Source: Nitrospina sp. LS_NOB
GTDB lineage: Bacteria > Nitrospinota > Nitrospinia > Nitrospinales > VA-1
DNA length: 64,000 nt
Direction of reading: 5' to 3'
Assembly (NCBI GenBank): GCA_001542995.1
Contig: LFLA01000025.1
Coordinates: 27,606 to 91,605, forward strand
Below are positions 17,980 to 27,404 of this stretch, in pieces. Each line of letters opens with the position of its first letter. Position 1 is the first letter of the stretch. The notes under the pieces are model-generated. The model was not told the origin of the DNA. It did not search any database and was given only the letters and a program-made list of their open reading frames with translations. A program made the position numbers and the translations under genes.

Positions 17980-19542
17980 TTACGGTCCTGGTAGTTCGCT
18001 GTCTTCAACCGGGCCGGACTTTGACTTTAATAAAAGTTTGTTGATCGCGTTGATATACGCAAATCCGCTGGCCTCTATGGTGTTGACCCCAGCACCTTTC
18101 CCTAATACTTCCCACTTTTCATGTTGAACACGAACAGTGACTTCACCCTGGGCATCCTGTCCTTTGGTTTTAGCCATCACCTGGTAGTCGATAAGCTTGC
18201 ATCTGAGGCCGGTGATCTTATCGATGGCGTTATAAATCGCGTCCACCGGGCCATCGCCGCTGGCGTTGGAAGACTGTTCATTGCCATCACGGCTAACCAA
18301 GACCACAGTCGCATGAGGAATTTTCCCAGTTTCAAAACCGCATTGCATAGAACCCAGCTTGTAGGTGTTCTGCTGTTCTTCAGAAAACTTCTGTTTCTGG
18401 CAGAGTGTGTGGATGTCGTCTTCAAAGATTTCCTTTTTTTCATCTGCAAGAATCTTGAACTCCTGGAACACCTTGTCCAGTTCATCCTTTTCCAGGTGGT
18501 ATCCCAACTCCTGAACCTTGTGAAGGAGTGCGTTTCGCCCAGAATGCTTGCCCATCACCAGTTCCGACTCGTCACCGCCGATATCCTTGGGGTCCATGAT
18601 CTCAAAAGTGTCTTTACGTTTGAGAAACCCATGCTGATGAATGCCAGACTCATGCGCGAAAGCGTTTTTTCCTACAATGGCTTTATTGCGTTGCACGAAG
18701 AACCCGGTCAAGCTGCTGACCAGCTTGCTGCATGCATGGATATGTTTGGTCTCGATTCCCGTGTACACGTTGTTAAAAAAATCTTTTCGGGTTTTAATAG
18801 CCATGACCACTTCTTCCATGGCGGCGTTTCCGGCTCGTTCACCAATGCCGTTGATGGTGCACTCGACCTGCCGTGCTCCGGCCTGCACCGCAGAAAGGGA
18901 ATTGGAAACCGCGAGCCCGAGGTCGTTATGGCAATGCACGCTGATGACCGCCTGGTCAATATTGGAAACATTTGTCTTCAAGTACCGGATGAGTTCGGCG
19001 AACTCTTCTGGAACGGTGTATCCCACAGTGTCAGGAATATTGACTGTTGTGGCCCCGGCACCGATCACCTCTTGGGTGACCTCGGCGAGAAAATCTTTCT
19101 CTGTCCGGGTCGCGTCCATGGGGGAGAACTCCACATCGTCGCAATATTTGCGAGCAAACTGGATGGCTTTGACTCCCATTTCGACAATTTCTTCCTTGGC
19201 TTTCTCGACCATGTGTTCTCGATGTAACTTGGATGTGGACAAAAATATATGAATACGTGGTGATTCGGCTTTTTCTAAAGCGCGGGCCGTTGCCTCAATA
19301 TCCTTTTCTAACGCGCGTGAAAGTCCGGCGATTTTTGAGCCTCGGATTTCTTCCGCAATCTGTTTGACCGATTCGAAGTCCCCCGGAGAAGCAACTGGAA
19401 AACCCGCCTCGATCACATCTACATTGAGTAGAGCCAGTTGCCGCGCGATCTCAAGTTTTTCCTTGATATTCAAGCTGGCGCCGGGGCATTGCTCTCCGTC
19501 TCTTAATGTGGTGTCGAAGATGATGAGTTTTTCGGGTTGCAT
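17980..19542 (-). CDS. leuA: 2-isopropylmalate synthase
   Basis: IFDTTLRDGEQCPGASL, HCHNDLGLAVSNSLSAV, a C-terminal LeuA dimerisation/regulatory domain, and a strong SD (AAAAGGAGA). Confidence 0.95.
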   Translation of the reverse strand: MQPEKLIIFDTTLRDGEQCPGASLNIKEKLEIARQLALLNVDVIEAGFPVASPGDFESVKQIAEEIRGSKIAGLSRALEKDIEATARALEKAESPRIHIFLSTSKLHREHMVEKAKEEIVEMGVKAIQFARKYCDDVEFSPMDATRTEKDFLAEVTQEVIGAGATTVNIPDTVGYTVPEEFAELIRYLKTNVSNIDQAVISVHCHNDLGLAVSNSLSAVQAGARQVECTINGIGERAGNAAMEEVVMAIKTRKDFFNNVYTGIETKHIHACSKLVSSLTGFFVQRNKAIVGKNAFAHESGIHQHGFLKRKDTFEIMDPKDIGGDESELVMGKHSGRNALLHKVQELGYHLEKDELDKVFQEFKILADEKKEIFEDDIHTLCQKQKFSEEQQNTYKLGSMQCGFETGKIPHATVVLVSRDGNEQSSNASGDGPVDAIYNAIDKITGLRCKLIDYQVMAKTKGQDAQGEVTVRVQHEKWEVLGKGAGVNTIEASGFAYINAINKLLLKSKSGPVEDSELPGP

Positions 19543-19717
19543 GACTGAAAAATCTCCTTTTAAATAAATAGTCCTTCCATATTATAAGATGTATCCAATT
19601 AATTGCCAGAGGATTGGAAAGTTTTCCCCGGAATCAGAATAAATAAAATTGTGAATCTATTGGGAGCTTTAAGAAACCGGTTGGGGGAGCCTGATTGCTC
19701 AGAGTGAAGGCTCGCCC

Positions 19718-19789
19718 TTAGAGCAGGGCCAGTAGGCGTAGGTCCAGGCGAGAGAAAGAACCGAATTGTATTTTGGAGTGAATAACCAT
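19718..19789 (-). promoter_or_regulatory. candidate Leu-rich leader peptide ORF (23 codons) upstream of leuA
   Basis: My translation is MVIHSKIQFGSFSRLDLRLLALL-stop, with 5 Leu in the last 9 codons. The TAA is directly followed by a 10-bp (9 paired) GC-rich hairpin at 19717..19683. Confidence 0.35.
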
Positions 19790-19830
19790 TATCTCAAGCC
19801 TGTTTTTAAGAATGCATCCGAAGAGTTTGC

Positions 19831-19860
19831 ATTGTAAACGAAACCAGACCCAAAAGACAA
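19831..19860 (-). promoter_or_regulatory. candidate sigma-70-type promoter for the leuA leader
   Basis: Minus strand reads TTGTCT-N18-TACAAT, about 35 nt upstream of the leader ATG. Confidence 0.3.
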
Positions 19861-20062
19861 ATATTTAAAGGCCGGTTCGCGTTCTTTGTGCCTTGGCGGT
19901 GCAATAGTTTTTTTAGGTGGCAAAGAGTTATCTTGGCTCAAAGTTCCTGCTGGCCGCGGTTCGTCGGCCCACTCCCGAGGGAGGGAATGGGTTTAATTGC
20001 GCCGAGAAAAATCTTTGCTCGCCAGATAAAGTTATCGCTATCTGCCCCCGGCGGTTCGCCGG

Positions 20063-20701
20063 TCAGTCGATGGCGTTTAGCACCTTGAACCCGGCCTTTT
20101 CAATCTTTTTGACAAGAGGGGCTGTCTCACATAGGTCCAGTCGAAAGAAATAGACCTGTTTCTTTTTGTTTTTGGCATAAGGGGCCATGCCAACGCTGAT
20201 GATGTTTAAATCCTGGCCGTGGATGATTTTGGACACCGATTCAAAGTTTTTGGGATCCTTGTCCATGATGACGTCTACTCTCGAACTGGAATGAAGAATG
20301 CCCATCATATCTATGAACAATCCCAGCATATCGAGAATGGAGATGATGCCCACCAACTTATCGCCATCTAAAACCGGAAGTGACCCAATCTTATTTTTGT
20401 AAATCAGGAGGGCCGCATCTTCCACATTGGTGTCCGGTCCTACAGTTTGGGGATTCCGGGTCATGAAATCCTCAACTCTCATTTCCTTCGGGTCGAGGAT
20501 TGTTACCCTTGATGAATCTATATTATTTTGAATGAAAGCTCCGCGGATATCGCTTTCTGTGATGATCCCTTCAAGTTCTTTTTTTTGGGTGACCGGTAAA
20601 TGGCGGATGGAATTCTTAACCATCAATTCCTGCGCCTTATAAAGGGTGTCCCTGGATTTAATTGTGATGACCTTGCGGGTCATTATTTCATCAATGATCA
20701 T
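20063..20701 (-). CDS. CBS-domain pair protein with a C-terminal ACT-like domain (AcuB-like)
   Basis: Two CBS repeats (IMTRKVITI...; FMTRNPQTVGPDTNVEDAA...IGSLPVLD..KLVGIIS) followed by a small regulatory-type domain. Confidence 0.85.
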   Translation of the reverse strand: MIIDEIMTRKVITIKSRDTLYKAQELMVKNSIRHLPVTQKKELEGIITESDIRGAFIQNNIDSSRVTILDPKEMRVEDFMTRNPQTVGPDTNVEDAALLIYKNKIGSLPVLDGDKLVGIISILDMLGLFIDMMGILHSSSRVDVIMDKDPKNFESVSKIIHGQDLNIISVGMAPYAKNKKKQVYFFRLDLCETAPLVKKIEKAGFKVLNAID

Positions 20702-21180
20702 TGCGGCCCTAATTTGATAGATAAAAAATTAACAACAATTTGCCACTATATATGAAGGGAAGCGATACTTCCGTTCTTAAAATTTAAAGGAATCAAAAAC
20801 TCCAATCCGGGGAAGGTTACCTTAACACGGCTCAAAAAGGGTACTTTATGATCCGGATGGAAAAGGGAAAGCTGCTCATTATAACGCCAATTTGAGAAAT
20901 AAAAACAGTTAATTAAACTGCAATTTCTGGGGATCGAAAAAGGCTAGAACGCTCTTTTTGCGGCGAGTGTGAGGGAAAGCCGCCACTTTATCGGGGCTTT
21001 CAATTATAATAGCGATGAAAATCCCCTATGGTTTGGGTGTCGGGCGGTGAAGCGCAAGGTTTTACACCACAAACGGCAAATTCTATAATAATTATATAAA
21101 ATATATACTTAATAGTGTATATAAATTACTCTATTTTAGGGGTATTTCTTTTTAACCTCTTATATCAAGGGGTTCCCTCA

Positions 21181-21196
21181 GGCACGACTCTTGCTC
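21181..21196 (+). promoter_or_regulatory. sigma-54 (-24/-12) type promoter upstream of gltB
   Basis: aGGCACGACTCTTGCT has GG-N10-GC spacing and matches TGGCACG-N4-TTGCW except for the first T. It is about 90 nt upstream of the gltB ATG, preceded by a very AT-rich tract at 21080..21150. Confidence 0.55.
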
Positions 21197-21283
21197 TTCA
21201 TACTCATTCCTCATTGAAAATCTTTGAATTTTCGATGTTTGGGGGAATTAAACGCTTTTTAAATTCAATGAGTTAATTAATCT

Positions 21284-24200
21284 ATGTACGCTTTTCCAAA
21301 AAAACAGGGCCTCTATGATCCCGCCTTTGAAAAAGACAGTTGTGGGGTGGGGTTTGTCATGAATATGAAGGGGGAGAAGTCCCATGAAATCATTACTCAG
21401 GGACTGGAAATCCTCAAAAAACTGGAACATCGCGGGGCCTGCGGTTCCGACTCGGCTACGGGAGACGGTGCTGGGATTCTCATCCAGATTCCCCACAAGT
21501 TTTTTCAGAAACACTGCGAAAAAGCAGGGATCAAGTTGCCCGATGCGGGGCGTTATGCTGTGGGCAATATTTTTCTTCCTATCGGCGAGGATACCAAACA
21601 GGGCCAGGAAATCATGGAACGTGCGGTTGTGACCGAAGGCCTTGAGCTTCTCGGTTGGCGGGATGTTCCGGTCGACAACACAACGATTGGGAAAACGGCG
21701 CGTTCTGTCGAGCCGGTGATCAAGCAGATTTTTGTCGGTGCGGGAGCGGATGTGTCAGACCAGTTGGCTTTTGAGAGAAGGCTTTATTGTGTTCGCAAAC
21801 GTACTGCGTGGGGAGTACGTCGGGCCGGACTCAATGACAATAATGAAAACTTTTACGCATGCAGTCTTTCCAGCAAAACCCTCATTTACAAAGGTCAACT
21901 GATGGCTCCACAATTGGAGACCTATTATCTGGATCTCAAAGATCCGAACATGGTTTCAGCTTTGGCGTTAGCCCATTCCCGATACAGTACCAATACCTTT
22001 CCCTCTTGGGGACGAGCTCAACCTTTTCGTTACATTGCGCATAATGGCGAGATCAATACAGTGCGGGGAAACCAGAACTGGATGCGTGCCCGTGAGTCGA
22101 TGTTTGAATCGCCTTTATTTAAAGACATCAATATGATCCTTCCTGTCATTGCTCCGGGTGGCAGTGATTCGGCGGATTTTGACCAGGCCTTGGAGATGTT
22201 GTTCCTGACCGGCCGGTCTTTAGCCCATTCTATGATGATGATGATTCCTGAGCCGTGGAGTGGACACGAAACGATGAGCGAAGACAAGCGCGGATTTTAT
22301 GAATTCCACGCTTCCATGATGGAACCCTGGGATGGCCCTGCCTCTATCGCTTTCACCGATGGGGAAACCTGTGGTGCGGTGCTGGACCGGAATGGCTTGC
22401 GGCCGTCCCGTTATTATGTGACCAAAGACGGGCTGGTCATCATGGCTTCGGAAGTGGGAGTCCTTCCGGTGGATGAAGCCAATATTGTTTACAAAGGGAG
22501 GTTGCAGCCAGGAAAGATGTTTCTCATCGATATTAATGAAGGTCGCATCATTTCTGATGAAGAATTGAAAGCAAAAATCACAACGCAAAAACCCTATAAA
22601 AAATGGGTAGCAGAAAATCAGGTTGACCTCAAGGATTTGCCAGAGACAGATTACAAGTTCGAGCCGGATTATGATTCCCTTTTGACCCGTCAGACCGCGT
22701 TTGGATATACCGTCGAAGATATCAAGTTTATCATGGCACCCATGATTGGAACTGCACAGGAAGCTACTGGCTCGATGGGTAACGACACACCACTTGCGAT
22801 TTTGTCGCAAAAGCCGCAACTGTTATTCCATTATTTCAAACAACTCTTTGCCCAAGTGACCAATCCGGCTATCGATTCCATCCGAGAAGAACTTGTTATG
22901 TCTATGGAGGTGACACTTGGAAAAGAACGAAACCTTCTGGAAGAGAGTCCTGAACATTGCCGCAAATTAAAAGTCGAGCATCCCATTCTTACCGGGGTAG
23001 AAATGGAGAAAATCCGCAAACTCGATAAGGAATATTTCAAAACCGTTGTGCTTTCAACCTTGTTTCCTGTCTCTGAAGGAGAAAAGGGTATGGAACGGGC
23101 CTTGGATGCGTTATGTCAGAAAGCTTCGCAAGCTATCGAAGAAGGTGCCACCATTCTGGTTCTATCTGATAAAGGAATCGATGCTGATCACGCTGCTTTG
23201 CCCAGTCTTCTGGCTACCGCTGGGGTGCACCATCACCTTTTGCGTGAGAGGACTCGTACTCGTGTAGGGCTGGCTGTAGAAACAGGTGAAGCTCGGGAGA
23301 TGATGCACTTCGCCCTGTTGATTGGTTATGGTGCGGGTGCTATTTATCCGTATCTTGCTTATGAAACGGTATCGCAGATGGCAAGCGAGGCGGTGTATAT
23401 CGAAGAACTGGACATGGACAAAGCGGTCGATAACTTTATCAAGGCAACAAGAAAGGGTCTGTTCAAAATCATTGCAAAAATGGGAATCTCCACGATCCAG
23501 AGCTACCGTGGTGCCCAGATTTTTGAAGCCGTTGGATTAAACGAAGATGTGATCGAACGTTTTTTTACCGGAACCCCTTCCAGAGTGAGCGGAGCGAATC
23601 TTGATGTTCTGGCCAAGGAGGCTCTGGCAAGGCATCGAAGGGCTTATAGTAATGAACTTTTCTCGCAACTGGATCTTGGCGGTGATTACCATTGGCGTCG
23701 CGGTGAAGAAAAACATATGCTCAATCCGCATGCTATCGGCTTGTTGCAACACGCCACCCGTTCCAATGATTATGCAACCTTCAAAAAGTTTTCCCAGCAT
23801 GCTGATAAAGAAAGTACCCGACAATGCACTTTAAGGGGACTTTTTAATTTTAAAGAGACCACGCCGATACCCATCGAAGAGGTGGAGTCTGTAGAAGAGA
23901 TCACCAAACGTTTTTGCACCGGTGCCATGTCCATTGGTTCGATTTCCCGCGAAGCCCATGAGACACTGGCGATTGCTATGAACAGGCTGGGTGGTAAAAG
24001 TAATACCGGTGAGGGCGGCGAGGACTCGGCCCGTTATACCTTGGATGTGAACGGGGATGACCGTCGCAGTAAAATCAAGCAAGTGGCCTCAGGACGATTC
24101 GGGGTGAACAGTTATTACCTGGCCAATGCCGATGAAATGCAAATCAAGATTGCCCAGGGCGCTAAACCCGGTGAAGGGGGGCAATTGCCAGGGCATAAGG

Positions 24201-25804
24201 TTAGCGAGTACATCGCTAAGATCCGGAGTTCTACTCCGGGTGTGGCTTTGATTTCTCCACCACCCCACCATGATATTTACTCCATAGAAGATTTGCAGCA
24301 ATTGATATTCGATCTTCATAATGCCAACCCTGATGCCAGGGTGAGTGTGAAATTGGTTGCGGAAGCGGGGGTGGGTACTATCGCGGCGGGAGTTTCCAAA
24401 GCGCGTGCGGAGGGAGTACTGATCGCCGGACACGATGGTGGAACCGGAGCTTCGCCTCAGACCTCAATCAAACACGCTGGGCTTCCCTGGGAACTGGGAC
24501 TCTCTGAAACACAGCAGATTCTTATACTCAACGATCTCAGAGGACGCATCCGTGTTCAGGTGGACGGGCAGCTCAAAACAGGACGCGATGTTGTGATCGG
24601 CGGAATCCTTGGTGCCGATGAATTTGGGTTCTCCACCACAGCTCTGATCACTATGGGTTGCATTTTGATGAGAAAATGTCACCTCAATACCTGTTCTGTA
24701 GGGATTGCCACTCAAAACCCGGACCTCAGGAAAAAGTTTGACGCCAAGGCAGATTATGTCGTCAATTTCTTTCGCTTCATTGCGGAAGAAGTCAGGGAAA
24801 TCATGGCGCAATTAGGTATTAGAAAATTCAATGATCTGATTGGCAAAGTAGAACTGCTCAAAGGAGAAGAAGCGGTCGACCACTGGAAAGCAAGTGGGCT
24901 GGATGTGAGTAAAATTTTATTTAAGCCCGAGGTTGATGAAAAGGTGGCGTTGAGGAATATCTGCACGCAGGATTTGAGTGGAGATCTGGACAATGCACTG
25001 GACCATAAACTGATAGAAATGAGCCAGCTAGCCCTCGAAAAGAAGACCCAGATTTATGGCGATCTCCCAATTCTTAACACGGACCGGGCTACCGGGGCGA
25101 TGCTCAGTTATCGTATTTCTAAATTGCACGGGGAAGAAGGGCTGCCAGCCGATACCATCCAGTTCGGTTTTACGGGCTCTGCGGGTCAGAGCTTCGGGGC
25201 TTTTCTTGCGCCGGGAGTGACCTTTGGTCTTGCCGGTGATGCCAATGACTATGTAGGAAAAGGTTTGTCGGGCGGTAGACTAATTATTTATCCGCCAAAA
25301 GACTCCCCCCTCGTTCCGGAAGATAATATTTTGATCGGAAATACGGTTCTCTACGGTGCCGTTTCCGGAAAAGCATTTTTCCGAGGAGTTGGGGGAGAGC
25401 GGTTTGCTGTACGCAACAGTGGAGCTCAGGCAGTGGTAGAAGGGGTAGGGGACCATGGCTGCGAGTACATGACAGGAGGAACCGTTGTGGTTCTCGGTTC
25501 CACAGGTAGAAACTTCGCCGCGGGAATGAGTGGGGGGCTGGCGTATGTTCTGGATCGAGATAATACGTTCCCCATCCATTGCAACCAGAGCATTGTTGAT
25601 CTGCTTCCAGTTGAAGAACCTGAAGATGTTCAACAACTAAGGGCATTGATTGAGGAACACTTTCACAGCACACAAAGCAGTGTTGCCAAAAGGGTGCTTG
25701 ATGAGTGGGAGGAGACCCTGCCAAAATTTGTCAAAGTTTATCCAACCGATTACCGTCGGGTTTTGGAAGAACGTAAAAGAAAAGATGAAGTGCTGGTTGC
25801 CTGA
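21284..25804 (+). CDS. gltB: glutamate synthase large subunit
   Basis: 1506 aa. Ntn amidotransferase Cys (KDSCGVGFV), FMN domain (HDGGTGASPQTSIKHAGLPWELGL), GXGXG C-terminal domain. Confidence 0.97.
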   Translation: MYAFPKKQGLYDPAFEKDSCGVGFVMNMKGEKSHEIITQGLEILKKLEHRGACGSDSATGDGAGILIQIPHKFFQKHCEKAGIKLPDAGRYAVGNIFLPIGEDTKQGQEIMERAVVTEGLELLGWRDVPVDNTTIGKTARSVEPVIKQIFVGAGADVSDQLAFERRLYCVRKRTAWGVRRAGLNDNNENFYACSLSSKTLIYKGQLMAPQLETYYLDLKDPNMVSALALAHSRYSTNTFPSWGRAQPFRYIAHNGEINTVRGNQNWMRARESMFESPLFKDINMILPVIAPGGSDSADFDQALEMLFLTGRSLAHSMMMMIPEPWSGHETMSEDKRGFYEFHASMMEPWDGPASIAFTDGETCGAVLDRNGLRPSRYYVTKDGLVIMASEVGVLPVDEANIVYKGRLQPGKMFLIDINEGRIISDEELKAKITTQKPYKKWVAENQVDLKDLPETDYKFEPDYDSLLTRQTAFGYTVEDIKFIMAPMIGTAQEATGSMGNDTPLAILSQKPQLLFHYFKQLFAQVTNPAIDSIREELVMSMEVTLGKERNLLEESPEHCRKLKVEHPILTGVEMEKIRKLDKEYFKTVVLSTLFPVSEGEKGMERALDALCQKASQAIEEGATILVLSDKGIDADHAALPSLLATAGVHHHLLRERTRTRVGLAVETGEAREMMHFALLIGYGAGAIYPYLAYETVSQMASEAVYIEELDMDKAVDNFIKATRKGLFKIIAKMGISTIQSYRGAQIFEAVGLNEDVIERFFTGTPSRVSGANLDVLAKEALARHRRAYSNELFSQLDLGGDYHWRRGEEKHMLNPHAIGLLQHATRSNDYATFKKFSQHADKESTRQCTLRGLFNFKETTPIPIEEVESVEEITKRFCTGAMSIGSISREAHETLAIAMNRLGGKSNTGEGGEDSARYTLDVNGDDRRSKIKQVASGRFGVNSYYLANADEMQIKIAQGAKPGEGGQLPGHKVSEYIAKIRSSTPGVALISPPPHHDIYSIEDLQQLIFDLHNANPDARVSVKLVAEAGVGTIAAGVSKARAEGVLIAGHDGGTGASPQTSIKHAGLPWELGLSETQQILILNDLRGRIRVQVDGQLKTGRDVVIGGILGADEFGFSTTALITMGCILMRKCHLNTCSVGIATQNPDLRKKFDAKADYVVNFFRFIAEEVREIMAQLGIRKFNDLIGKVELLKGEEAVDHWKASGLDVSKILFKPEVDEKVALRNICTQDLSGDLDNALDHKLIEMSQLALEKKTQIYGDLPILNTDRATGAMLSYRISKLHGEEGLPADTIQFGFTGSAGQSFGAFLAPGVTFGLAGDANDYVGKGLSGGRLIIYPPKDSPLVPEDNILIGNTVLYGAVSGKAFFRGVGGERFAVRNSGAQAVVEGVGDHGCEYMTGGTVVVLGSTGRNFAAGMSGGLAYVLDRDNTFPIHCNQSIVDLLPVEEPEDVQQLRALIEEHFHSTQSSVAKRVLDEWEETLPKFVKVYPTDYRRVLEERKRKDEVLVA

Positions 25805-25832
25805 AGGCAACGAAAGGATATAGAACGCGTAA

Positions 25833-27320
25833 ATGGGTGCGATAAAAGGATTCATGGAATATGGGCGGGAGACACCGTCAGGCCGGCCGGTTGAGGAAAG
25901 GCTCAAGGACCAGGAGGAGTGCTATACGCCTTTTCCGGAAGAAAAATATAAAGAGCAGGGAGCTCGCTGTATGGACTGTGGAGTTCCGTTCTGCCAGAGT
26001 GAAGCCGGGTGTCCGCTGGGAAACTTGATTCCCGACTGGAACGATATGGTATATCGAGGCCGGTACCGGGAGGCGGTGGAACTGATGCAGAAGACCAATA
26101 ACTTCCCCGAATTCACCGGGCGTGTTTGTCCGGCTCCCTGCGAGGGCGCCTGTGTGCTGGGTATCACTGAACCGGCGGTTACGATTTGTAAAATCGAGGA
26201 GATGATTGCGGAAAAAGGTTTTGAGATGGGGTTTATCAAGCCCCGCAAACCCGAGTCCCGGACAGGAAAAAAAATAGTGATTGTAGGATCGGGTCCGGCG
26301 GGGCTGGCCTGTGCCGATCAGCTTAATACGGCGGGTCATGAGGTTACTGTTTTTGAAAAAGATGATCGTATTGGCGGACTGCTGATGTATGGCATCCCTA
26401 ACTTTAAACTGGATAAGAAAATTGTTAAACGCCGCATAAAGGTGATGGAAGAATCCGGTGTCATTTTTAAGACCGGTATCAATGTCGGGGTTAATAAATC
26501 GGCCAACGAATTAAAAAATGAGTTTGACGCGGTGGTGCTTTGCGGCGGTTCCCAAAAATCCCGGGATCTTCCAGTGGAAGGACGCGATCTGGATGGTATT
26601 CATTTTGCCATGGACTTTCTCCCGCAACAGAATAAACGTAATGAGGGAGATACCATCCCTGAAGAAATTTCTATTACGGCCAAAGATAAAAATATTTTGA
26701 TCATCGGTGGTGGGGATACTGGTTCGGATTGTCTGGGAACCTCACTCAGGCAAGGCGCAAAAAACGTCTATCAGTTTGAACTCTTGCCGGAGCCTCCTCA
26801 GGAAAGAACTGATAACAACCCTTGGCCACAATGGCCAAAAATATTTCGGGTTTCTTCTTCCCATGCAGAAGCGAATGAGCGTGAAGGGAAAGAAAAGATC
26901 ACGGAATTTTGTGTATCGACTAAAAAGTTTACCGGCAAAGAGGGTAAGGTTTCCAAAATTCATGGTGTAAAGATAGAATTTGGCGATCCCGATCCTAAAA
27001 CGGGCCGTCCAGAAATGCGGGAAGTGCCTGGGTCGGAATTTGAGTTGGATGTTGAACTGGTTCTGCTGGCCATGGGTTTTGTTCACCCCATCCATGAAGG
27101 CATGCTTGTAGAGTTGGGTATGGAACTGGATGCGCGTGGAAACGTAGCTTGTGACGACAAGAAAATGACCAGTGTGGATGGAGTTTTTGTCGCCGGGGAC
27201 ATGACCCGGGGGCAGTCGCTGGTGGTCTGGGCCATTGCTGAAGGCCGTGAAGCCGCAAGATCAGTAGACCTTTACCTCATGGGAGTTACCCAACTTCCCC
27301 ACAGCGAGTTCCTGAAATAA
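25833..27320 (+). CDS. gltD: glutamate synthase small subunit (NAD(P)H-dependent)
   Basis: N-terminal Fe-S Cys cluster (CMDCGVPFC...C), dinucleotide-binding fold (IVGSGPAGLACADQL) and a second Rossmann fold (IIGGGDTGSDC). Confidence 0.95.
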   Translation: MGAIKGFMEYGRETPSGRPVEERLKDQEECYTPFPEEKYKEQGARCMDCGVPFCQSEAGCPLGNLIPDWNDMVYRGRYREAVELMQKTNNFPEFTGRVCPAPCEGACVLGITEPAVTICKIEEMIAEKGFEMGFIKPRKPESRTGKKIVIVGSGPAGLACADQLNTAGHEVTVFEKDDRIGGLLMYGIPNFKLDKKIVKRRIKVMEESGVIFKTGINVGVNKSANELKNEFDAVVLCGGSQKSRDLPVEGRDLDGIHFAMDFLPQQNKRNEGDTIPEEISITAKDKNILIIGGGDTGSDCLGTSLRQGAKNVYQFELLPEPPQERTDNNPWPQWPKIFRVSSSHAEANEREGKEKITEFCVSTKKFTGKEGKVSKIHGVKIEFGDPDPKTGRPEMREVPGSEFELDVELVLLAMGFVHPIHEGMLVELGMELDARGNVACDDKKMTSVDGVFVAGDMTRGQSLVVWAIAEGREAARSVDLYLMGVTQLPHSEFLK

Positions 27321-27338
27321 TTTTTCTCGAAAAAAGTT

Positions 27339-27376
27339 GGAAAGGGGACTGCCCTTGACAAAACAGTCCCCTTTCC
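27339..27376. terminator. bidirectional intrinsic terminator between convergent gltD and htrA
   Basis: Perfect 13-bp stem GGAAAGGGGACTG / CAGTCCCCTTTCC with a 12-nt loop. It is flanked by an A-run on the plus strand, which is a U-run on the minus transcript. Confidence 0.6.
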
Positions 27377-27404
27377 GGAGGTTAGCCCTTGCGGGCCCGG
27401 GGAA

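Noticed and set aside
18121-19227. 368-aa plus-strand ORF, and the 203-aa ORF at 18641..19252
   Set aside because: They lie antisense to leuA, which has unmistakable family motifs on the minus strand. Their translations are low-complexity (Leu/Phe/His-rich) with no recognisable domain, so they are shadow ORFs.
19861-20062. Tested the structured leuA-upstream region as tmRNA, RNase P RNA, SRP/4.5S RNA or a T-box leader
   Set aside because: I found none of the conserved boxes: no GAGGAAAGUCCGGGC or ACAGAACCCGGCUUA for RNase P, no GGAAGCAGCC-type SRP domain IV and no tRNA-like CCA end. The only T-box-like string (AGGUGGCA) is on the wrong strand for leuA.
21345-21362. GGGGTTTGTCATGA inside gltB, matching the putative operator motif
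   Set aside because: It lies in the conserved CGVGFVMN coding segment, so it is explained by protein constraint. I recorded it because it lowers the statistical weight of the intergenic motif finding.
22220-22819. 199-aa minus-strand ORF inside gltB. Similar antisense or overlapping ORFs occur at 6353..6886, 30387..31219, 31101..31759, 55420..55749, 58406..59015 and 61153..61620.
   Set aside because: All overlap genes with strong, full-length family signatures on the other strand or in another frame. None has a motif or a plausible start context.
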